64,000 bases of DNA from an uncultured Gammaproteobacteria bacterium. GTDB taxonomy: Bacteria; Patescibacteriota; Patescibacteriia; SG8-24; DYFX01. Below, piece by piece: positions 57,458-64,000 of the stretch (position 1 is the stretch's first letter; every line of letters starts with the position of its first letter). The stretch lies in NCBI GenBank assembly GCA_964532415.1, contig CAZHHN010000002.1:7852-71851 (forward strand). Direction: 5' to 3'. The notes below the pieces were generated by a model. It was not told the origin of the DNA. It saw only the letters and a program-made list of their open reading frames with translations, and ran no database searches. The translations under genes were made by a program, and so were the position numbers.

Positions 57458-58465
57458 TCAGAGCGCTTTGCCGACGCGCTCGACCATCTCCCCCAGGCGG
57501 TTGGAGTAGCCCCATTCGTTGTCGTACCAGGCGACGACTTTGACGAGATCGCCGTCGACGATCTGTGTCAGTTCCAGATCGACGATCGACGAATGCGGAT
57601 TCTTGATGAAGTCGGAAGAGACGAGCGCTTCCTCCGTCCACGTCATGATTCCCTGAAAACGCTTTTCGGCGCAGGCCTTTTTGATGGCGGTGTTCACGTC
57701 TTCGACGGACGTGCTTTTGGCCAGCAGGAAAGTGAAGTCCGAACAGGAAACGACCGACGTCGGCACGCGGATCGACAGGCCGTCGAACAGGCCTTTGAGT
57801 TCCGGGATGGTTTCGGTCACGGCGATGGCCGCGCCGGTCGAGGTCGGCACCATGTTCATGGCGGCGGCCCGGGCGCGGCGCAGGTCCTTGTGCGGGCCGT
57901 CCTGGAGCATCTGATCGGCGGTGTAGCTGTGAATCGTCGTCATCATCGCTTTCCTGACGCCGAAAGACGACTGCATGACGGCCGCGACCGGCGCGATGCA
58001 GTTGGTGGTGCACGAAGCGTTGTTGATGACCGACGCCTTGCCCTCATAGGCTTCGTCGTTCACGCCGAGCACGTAGGTCGGAACGTTGCCGCCCTTGGCG
58101 GGCGCGGAAATGACGACGCGCCTGGCGCCGGCCCTGAGATGCTGCGAGGCGCCGGCTTCGTCGGTGAAGCGGCCGGTCGATTCGATGACGACATCGATCT
58201 TCAGATCCTTCCACGGCAGCTTGGCCGGATCTTTCTCGGCCGTCACCAGAATCGGCGTGCCGTCGACAATGAGATGCGCGTCATCGTGCGACACCTCACG
58301 CTCGTACAGGCCGTAGTTGGTGTCGTGCCGCAGCAGGTGCGCGAGCGTTTTGGTGTCGGTCAGGTCGTTGACCGCCACGAACTCGAGATCCTTCAGGCGG
58401 CCGAACGAGGCTTTGAAGACGTTGCGGCCGATGCGGCCGAAACCGTTGATGGCGACGCGGATCAT
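57458..58465 (-). CDS. gap: Type I glyceraldehyde-3-phosphate dehydrogenase
   Basis: INGFGRIGR, NASCTTNC, WYDNEWGY. Confidence 0.97.
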   Translation of the reverse strand: MIRVAINGFGRIGRNVFKASFGRLKDLEFVAVNDLTDTKTLAHLLRHDTNYGLYEREVSHDDAHLIVDGTPILVTAEKDPAKLPWKDLKIDVVIESTGRFTDEAGASQHLRAGARRVVISAPAKGGNVPTYVLGVNDEAYEGKASVINNASCTTNCIAPVAAVMQSSFGVRKAMMTTIHSYTADQMLQDGPHKDLRRARAAAMNMVPTSTGAAIAVTETIPELKGLFDGLSIRVPTSVVSCSDFTFLLAKSTSVEDVNTAIKKACAEKRFQGIMTWTEEALVSSDFIKNPHSSIVDLELTQIVDGDLVKVVAWYDNEWGYSNRLGEMVERVGKAL

Positions 58466-58483
58466 GCGGAAAGGCGTTAAGAG

Positions 58484-59071
58484 TCAGGAACGGTAAAACG
58501 TGAGCGATGATACGAAGAGCGAGAAAGCGGCGGGATCGGCCGAAGCGGCGCGCAGCACGACGGCGGCGGTGGAGCTGGCCGCCACGTAGACGGCCTGGCG
58601 CAGGACGTGTCCGTTTTCGAAAGCGACGACGAACAGCGCGGGCTGGCCGTCGACCGCGACGTCGTAGAGCGCCGGACGCGTTCCGGCGAATTCGGCGGCG
58701 GCCAGGTTGGCGATCTCCTGGCGCGGCTGGAGCGTTTCGATGCCGATCGCCATGCCGCCGCCGGAGAACGGCGCGGAAGCCGCTTCTTTCCCCGAACGCC
58801 CGAGCCGGACATTGGCAGGATCGGCCGGGTCGACGACCCAACCCGGCGGAGCGGCAAAGGCGAACCCGTGGACGGGATCGTCGACGCGCGCCCAGAGGCC
58901 AAGATCGAGTGGGACCGGCTGCGGCAGCGCGGCGGCGTACGCAGACGACGTATCGGTCATCGGTGCGAGCGACGCGAGATAGATCGCCAAAAAGCCGTAA
59001 GCCGCCACGACGGTAACGAGTGCGGCTTCGAAGATCGGCGAGAGCGTATGTTTCACCCTCCAAAGAGACAT
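58484..59071 (-). CDS. Hypothetical single-TM protein
   Basis: TM, GFAFAAPPGW; TATTCT 9 nt before the ATG. Confidence 0.7.
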   Translation of the reverse strand: MSLWRVKHTLSPIFEAALVTVVAAYGFLAIYLASLAPMTDTSSAYAAALPQPVPLDLGLWARVDDPVHGFAFAAPPGWVVDPADPANVRLGRSGKEAASAPFSGGGMAIGIETLQPRQEIANLAAAEFAGTRPALYDVAVDGQPALFVVAFENGHVLRQAVYVAASSTAAVVLRAASADPAAFSLFVSSLTFYRS

Positions 59072-59155
59072 ACGCCATCAAGAATAAAACAAAAGGCCCG
59101 CGGGAGCAACGCGAGGCCTGATCGTGGGGTGGAGAGGTCCCCGATTGAAGAAGGA

Positions 59156-59830
59156 TCAGCGGATAAGGGCGCCGGGGTCCGTATGCTCCGGGCTTCCGTT
59201 CTCGACGCCGCAGACGTGGTGCGCGGAAGCGCGGCTCGAGGTCGTCGACGTCGTCTCTTCGCCAGGCTCCGAATCGAGGACCGACGGTCCGCGCTGCAGA
59301 TACGCCTCATGATCGATCTCGGTTTCCTGGGTGATGCCGTGAATGATCGGATTCATCAGGGCCCCGCCGCAGACAGTGCCGTCGCTGGACTGGCAGGCAT
59401 CTGCGGTGGCGACATGGCGCAGGCCGAGCTGGTGACCGAATTCATGACCGATGATCGACAGCAGGCTCGTCCGGCTGAAGTCCGACTTTTGACGGATGCA
59501 GGCGGTGAACATATCGATCTGGCCGGGAGACGATTCCGCCAGCGTCGTCAGCCCGTTTTGCGGCTTGCAGAGCGTCACGGCATTCGCCATGCGGATGCGC
59601 ACATGCGCGTGAAGCAGATCGGATGTGAGGACGCATTGGATGCCCTCCCAGCGCCAGATCATGCAGCTCTCGAGGGCGATCTCCGGCGAGACGGGGGAAT
59701 TCTCTTCTATCCAGACCCGAAGTGTCTGAATGTCGGTGGGCGGCGGCGAGGGCACGTAGGGCACGCCGTTGTCTTCGGTCACGCAGGCCGCGGCGCAGGA
59801 CATGATCAGGAACGCGATGAATGAACGCAT
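59156..59830 (-). CDS. Putative lipoprotein, matrixin-like zinc metalloprotease A
   Basis: AAAC lipobox; HEFGHQLGLRH; ALMNP Met-turn; SD GGGAGAGG. Confidence 0.85.
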   Translation of the reverse strand: MRSFIAFLIMSCAAACVTEDNGVPYVPSPPPTDIQTLRVWIEENSPVSPEIALESCMIWRWEGIQCVLTSDLLHAHVRIRMANAVTLCKPQNGLTTLAESSPGQIDMFTACIRQKSDFSRTSLLSIIGHEFGHQLGLRHVATADACQSSDGTVCGGALMNPIIHGITQETEIDHEAYLQRGPSVLDSEPGEETTSTTSSRASAHHVCGVENGSPEHTDPGALIR

Positions 59831-59858
59831 GGACCTCTCCCGATTGTTGATGCCTTCT

Positions 59859-59887
59859 ACAATACCACAAAAAGCCAATTTTGTCAA
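59859..59887 (-). promoter_or_regulatory. sigma70 promoter of protease A
   Basis: TTGACA-17-TATTGT with TG extension. Confidence 0.75.
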
Positions 59888-59926
59888 TATAGACAAACAA
59901 AAAATCCGCGGCGGAAAGCGCACGGA

Positions 59927-60637
59927 CTAACGAAGGGTGAACAAACAGCGATCCGGACCTGGAGCGACGTCCCAGACGTCGCCGGGGCCGGGCGCATCCT
60001 CGGCGATGGCCGCAAACCGCTCGGGCGAGATGGACGGGATGCGCAGGTCATAGGCCCGCTCATCAAGCTGCGTGAGCGCGAGGCTGGAATTGAGATTCGG
60101 ATTCATGACGGCCTTGCCCCAGATGCCCGCGTCCATCAGCTCGGTTTCGAACGGATTGACGGCCAGTCGTAAATCGTGCATCTCGTGGATGTGGCCCGGC
60201 ATCCCGGCTCCATGGCCGAACTCGTGCGTGGTCGAGATCACCAGCGACGGCTGCATCCCATATCCATCCGGCAAATACTGGAAGCATTCCATGTAGACGG
60301 TGACTTTTCCGGCTTTGATATTGGTCTTGGCCAAGATGAACGTACCATTCGTCTCGTCGATCGGACAGACGTTCTGGACGGGATAGACCTTCAACATGGC
60401 CGCGTTCTCGGACGCCCCCTGTTCGAACCGGAGACATTTTCGGTTCCAGGCGTCCGCACCGCGCATGATCGTCGGCCAAGGCAGGCTCTCGGGATCGGCG
60501 TTCCAGACCGTCACGGTCTTGTAGGCCGCAGGCGGCGCATCGGCATCACAGTGTTTGGAAACGGCCGAGAGTGGCAGGTTATCGCCGCACGCCCAGGCCC
60601 CACACGCCAAAAGAACGGAAAGCAGGCAACGCAGCAT
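59927..60637 (-). CDS. Putative lipoprotein, matrixin-like zinc metalloprotease B
   Basis: AWACGDN lipobox; HEFGHGAGMPGH; AVMNP; SD AGGAGG. Confidence 0.82.
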   Translation of the reverse strand: MLRCLLSVLLACGAWACGDNLPLSAVSKHCDADAPPAAYKTVTVWNADPESLPWPTIMRGADAWNRKCLRFEQGASENAAMLKVYPVQNVCPIDETNGTFILAKTNIKAGKVTVYMECFQYLPDGYGMQPSLVISTTHEFGHGAGMPGHIHEMHDLRLAVNPFETELMDAGIWGKAVMNPNLNSSLALTQLDERAYDLRIPSISPERFAAIAEDAPGPGDVWDVAPGPDRCLFTLR

Positions 60638-60695
60638 CGGAACCTCCTGTGCGCGACAGGTTTCCACACAACCGGATCGGCGTCAAGACGGCACG

Positions 60696-60723
60696 AAAAA
60701 AGCCGCTCGGAAGCGGCTTTTTT
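60696..60723. terminator. Bidirectional terminator after tsf
   Basis: AAAAAAGCCGCT-CGGA-AGCGGCTTTTTT. Confidence 0.85.
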
Positions 60724-60730
60724 CCGGACA

Positions 60731-61339
60731 TCAGCCCGGCACCTGGGTGCCGGATTCCATGGCGAAGCGCGTGAAGCGCTTGACTTGGATGTTCTCGCCG
60801 GTCTTGGAGATCGTTTCCTTCAGGATTTCCTCGACCGTCTTGTCCTCGTCCTTGATGTAGGCCTGGTTCAGCAGGCAGACGTCGGAGTGCCACTTGGCGA
60901 GCTTGCCTTCGAGGATCTTGGCGACGACGTCGGCCGGTTTGGCCGATCCCGCGAACTCTTCGGCATAGATCGATTTTTCCTTTTCGACCGCTTCCGGCGG
61001 GATATCCGCGCTCGAGACGTAGAGCGGGTTCATGGCAGCGATCTGGAGCGCCAATTCGTGGCAAAGCTCCCTGAAACCCTCGGTGCGCGCGACGAAGTCG
61101 GTTTCGCAGAGCACCTCGACCATCGCGCCGACTTTGCCGTTGCCGTGGACGTAGGCGTAAATCAGGCCCTCGGACGTCCGGCGGTCGGCCTTGGAGCCGG
61201 CCTTGGCGATCCCCTTCTTGCGGAGCAGCTCGGAGGCGGCGGCCAGATCGCCCCCGGCTTCTTCGAGCGCTTTCTTGCATTCGACGATGCCGGCGCCGGT
61301 CATGGCGCGCAGCTCGGAGACGGTTTTCGCGTCGATCAT
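60731..61339 (-). CDS. tsf: Elongation factor Ts (short form)
   Basis: LRAMTGAG..ECKKAL, CETDFVAR, GENIQVKRF.RF. Confidence 0.96.
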   Translation of the reverse strand: MIDAKTVSELRAMTGAGIVECKKALEEAGGDLAAASELLRKKGIAKAGSKADRRTSEGLIYAYVHGNGKVGAMVEVLCETDFVARTEGFRELCHELALQIAAMNPLYVSSADIPPEAVEKEKSIYAEEFAGSAKPADVVAKILEGKLAKWHSDVCLLNQAYIKDEDKTVEEILKETISKTGENIQVKRFTRFAMESGTQVPG

Positions 61340-61362
61340 AGGAGCGGAAGGTTAGATGGACG

Positions 61363-62136
61363 TCAGGCGGTGATCACGCGCGTCGGCTCTTCGGAATCGG
61401 AAACGGGCGTCTTGGCGACTTCGGCGCGTTTGGCCGTCAATTCCTTCTCGCGGAGCTTCCGGCCCTCGGCCACCGCTTCGGAGAACAGCCGGGTGAACAG
61501 TTCGATCGACTTCACGGCGTCGTCGTTGGCCGGAATGCCGTAGGCGATGTCTTCGGGATTGATGTTGGAGTCGATCAGCGAGAAGATCGGCACCTTCTTG
61601 GCGAGCGCTTCCTCGACGGCCGTTTTCTCGTGCTTGGCGTCGACAATGAAGATCGCTTCCGGCAGCTTGGTCAGGCTGGCGATGCCGCCGACCTTGCGTT
61701 CCATATCCTCGATCTCGCGGTCGATGACGACGCGCTCTTTCTTGGTGTACTTGTCGAAACCGCCGGAATCGCGCTTGGCGCGGTCCTCGTTCAGCTTCCT
61801 GATGATCTTGGAAAGTTCAGCGAAGTTGGTGAAGGTGCCGCCCAGCCAGCGGTTGGCGATATACGGCGCGCCGCAGGCCTTGGCATACTTCTCGACGATC
61901 GGCGCAGCCTGGCGCTTGGTGCCGAGGAAGACGATCACGCCGCCTTTGGCGGTCAGATCGCGCGCGGCGTCGAGCGCCTCCGTGAGCTTCACCACGGTCT
62001 GCTCGAGGTTGATGATATGGATGCCGTTGCGCGAGCCGAACAGGTACGGCTTCATTTTGGGATGCCACTTGGAGACCTGGTGCCCAAAATGGGCGCCGGT
62101 CTTCAAGAGCTCCACCAAATCGGGGATCTCGTACAT
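61363..62136 (-). CDS. rpsB: 30S ribosomal protein S2
   Basis: GAHFGHQ..KWHPKM, RWLGGTFTN, IPANDDA. Confidence 0.97.
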   Translation of the reverse strand: MYEIPDLVELLKTGAHFGHQVSKWHPKMKPYLFGSRNGIHIINLEQTVVKLTEALDAARDLTAKGGVIVFLGTKRQAAPIVEKYAKACGAPYIANRWLGGTFTNFAELSKIIRKLNEDRAKRDSGGFDKYTKKERVVIDREIEDMERKVGGIASLTKLPEAIFIVDAKHEKTAVEEALAKKVPIFSLIDSNINPEDIAYGIPANDDAVKSIELFTRLFSEAVAEGRKLREKELTAKRAEVAKTPVSDSEEPTRVITA

Positions 62137-62237
62137 AAAGAGAGTTGCTCCTTTTACCACCTTTCCGGCAGGGACGGCCGTATCCCCTTCGGGAGAGCCG
62201 CGCCCAGGAGTGACGCCGGAAATGTGAGATGAATAAT
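62137..62237 (-). promoter_or_regulatory. Structured rpsB 5' leader (candidate S2 autoregulatory element)
   Basis: TTTCCGGC...GCCGGAAA outer stem enclosing a GC-rich hairpin; promoter TTGACG-17-TATGCT at 62244-62272. Confidence 0.55.
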
Positions 62238-62346
62238 GGGCAGAGCATACGCCGGGCTCGGCAGCCCGTCAAGACCCCGGTCCGGAAATGAAAACGCCGG
62301 ACACTGCTGCGCAGCATCCGACGATCGTTGAGGCGGTCCGGGCCGT

Positions 62347-62784
62347 TCAGCCCGCCGCGGTCGAGCTTGGCGATGTCACGCCCAGAAACGCGACCGAGAC
62401 CTGCACCGCGGCAGCCATCTCGCCGAGCCCCGTGCGGAGACGCGCGAGGAAAATGGCGAACCGGCTCGAATTCACGGGCTCCAGGAATTGATCGACGACC
62501 GCGTGCAAAAGCACTTCATACGACGCAGCCAATCCGGCCGGGATCGTGGTACCGGCAGCGGCCAAGCGCTCGAGGCAGGACACCACGTCGCCGGGTGTGA
62601 GACTGAAGTTCACGCCTTGGCGCGCCTCGCATACCGCGAAGGCGCTGCATACCTCGAGAAACGCCAGCAACCGGGCCGGCGCCTCCGTCGTCAGGCGGCT
62701 CTGGAACCACCTGAAGGTCTCGATCGCCGTCGTGATGGCATTCGGATCATCCGCGGTACGACCAGTCTGCTCTTGCATGGACAT
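62347..62784 (-). CDS. Hypothetical protein (paralog of 62983-63435)
   Basis: SD GAGGAG; promoter TTGACC-17-TATCTT (62880-62908). Confidence 0.7.
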   Translation of the reverse strand: MSMQEQTGRTADDPNAITTAIETFRWFQSRLTTEAPARLLAFLEVCSAFAVCEARQGVNFSLTPGDVVSCLERLAAAGTTIPAGLAASYEVLLHAVVDQFLEPVNSSRFAIFLARLRTGLGEMAAAVQVSVAFLGVTSPSSTAAG

Positions 62785-62982
62785 ATCCCACTCTCCTCTG
62801 TTCGGTTGACGCCCGCCTTGCGACGGACCGCATCAAGCGCGCACGGCCGGCTGCGTGCCGATCGCTGCCTTGACTGCGGAAGATATCACGTGTTGACGAG
62901 AAGGTCAAGGGTCCTGGGACTCCAAATAAAATCCGCCGCGAGCAGCGCTGGCGGCGGTCTGAATCGATCCAAGAACGGCTCG

Positions 62983-63435
62983 TCAGTCGGGAAGACCCTT
63001 GAAGCCGCTGCCGGCCGGCGCGAGTCCCTGCTCCAGCCAGGTGAGGTGGCGGCCGATCCGCGTCACCATGTCGGGAAGGATGCGCCGATCGTAACGGAGC
63101 GCGCTCAGCACGGAAATCAAGCCAGAGACGTCGTTGGATTGGAGTCTGAATGACGTGCCGGCCTGCAGCACACTTTCGAGCGCCGCCTGCTCCTGCGGAT
63201 CGTCGGTGCACCAGCCCAGCATGGCCTCGATGCCGTAGACCAGCTGAGCGGGCGTGAGCGGCGCCTGGGCGCATCTGGGGCTGACCCTGAGCGCCCGGAG
63301 ATAGGCGTCCAGCCACTGACGGCCTGCCCCCGCATTCGGATCTGTGAGTCCATTGTCGATCTGGGTCCGGAGCGTCTCGAACGCCTGTTGCGCTGTCCCT
63401 GCCGAACCCGAACTATCCTGACCGGTCTTGTCCAT
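62983..63435 (-). CDS. Hypothetical protein (start 63435 or 63441)
   Basis: SD GAGGGAG; promoter TTGACA-16-TATACC (63534-63561); terminator near 62928-62958. Confidence 0.7.
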   Translation of the reverse strand: MDKTGQDSSGSAGTAQQAFETLRTQIDNGLTDPNAGAGRQWLDAYLRALRVSPRCAQAPLTPAQLVYGIEAMLGWCTDDPQEQAALESVLQAGTSFRLQSNDVSGLISVLSALRYDRRILPDMVTRIGRHLTWLEQGLAPAGSGFKGLPD

Positions 63436-63625
63436 CTGCATCTCCCTCTGCACTCGCCCGTGACCTCAAGCGAGAATTGCCCCCGTGGCCGCGCCGACAG
63501 CATGTCAGAAGCCGCCATGGTGGTCGCAGGGAGGGTATAGCATAAAGACACATTCTGTCAATATCGCTTAACAACACGTGAGCCAGGCCTGAAAAATGAT
63601 GTCGGCACAGCCGCGCCGACGACGC

Positions 63626-63654
63626 TTGCCAAGTCCGGCCGGACCTGTTAGACT
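63626..63654 (+). promoter_or_regulatory. rpmE promoter
   Basis: TTGCCA-17-TAGACT with TG extension. Confidence 0.7.
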
Positions 63655-63671
63655 GCGCCCGTAGTCAATTT

Positions 63672-63956
63672 ATGAAAGCCGACACTCACCCGAAATACTT
63701 CCCTGAAGCCAAGGTGGTCTGCGCTTGCGGCAACACCTTCACGACCGGCGCGACCGTCGAGGAAATCCACGTCGAACTCTGCTCGGCCTGCCATCCGTTC
63801 TATACCGGCAAGCAGAAGCTGGTCGACACCTCCCGCCGCGTCGAGAAGTTCCAGGAACGCACGACCAAAAAAGCCGCCGAGGGCGCCAAGGCCACCGGCA
63901 AGAAGGCCCGTACCGCCAAGCGCGTCGCCAAGAAAGCCGCCAAAGCCGCCAAGTAG
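63672..63956 (+). CDS. rpmE: 50S ribosomal protein L31 (Zn-binding type) with Lys/Ala-rich tail
   Basis: [23 protein letters not shown]. Confidence 0.97.
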   Translation: MKADTHPKYFPEAKVVCACGNTFTTGATVEEIHVELCSACHPFYTGKQKLVDTSRRVEKFQERTTKKAAEGAKATGKKARTAKRVAKKAAKAAK

Positions 63957-64000
63957 CCGCGCTGAACCCCGCCACCGCGCGGGGTTTTGGTTACAGGCGT

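Noticed and set aside
60731-61339. EF-Ts of 202 aa as a truncated pseudogene
   Set aside because: The short EF-Ts form is known in several phyla, and both termini are intact.
1-64000. Stop-codon reassignment (code 25)
   Set aside because: Conserved genes end properly at TGA and none is interrupted under code 11.

Overview
High-GC bacterial chromosome segment, standard genetic code. It most likely comes from a Patescibacteria (CPR; ABY1/Uhrbacteria-like) genome. This is inferred from the short EF-Ts and MetK, tandem gpmI, a CPR-type pilin, a translin homolog and an M23 peptidase with an ABY1-type C-terminal module. Core genes are ftsEX, a PrsA/SurA-like PPIase, ftsB-like, murE, murD, metK, uvrD/pcrA, mltG, manC, uppP, znuABC, nth, mutM, queA, tgt, arfB, a glycolysis cluster (gap, ndh, pgk, eno, gpmI x2), tsf, rpsB, rpmE and three tRNAs (Gly-CCC, Thr-CGT, Lys-TTT). 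I found no integrase, transposase, CRISPR array or rRNA. Main observations: (1) many core genes have a -10 box 7-9 nt before the ATG and no SD (leaderless-like), whereas about a dozen orphan genes sit between them as self-contained promoter + SD + ORF + terminator units; (2) a 30-bp double-palindrome in-frame insertion in uvrD; (3) a stand-alone primase-type CHC2 zinc finger ending in a clamp-binding-like QLDLP motif, next to a low-GC orphan between murD and murE; (4) a translin/TRAX homolog heading the murD operon; (5) a complete pilin fused to a membrane-anchored module; (6) three tandem pairs of divergent orphan paralogs; (7) secreted hydrolases, some with myxobacterial-looking lipoprotein leaders. 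All calls come from reading motifs by eye; no database searches were run.
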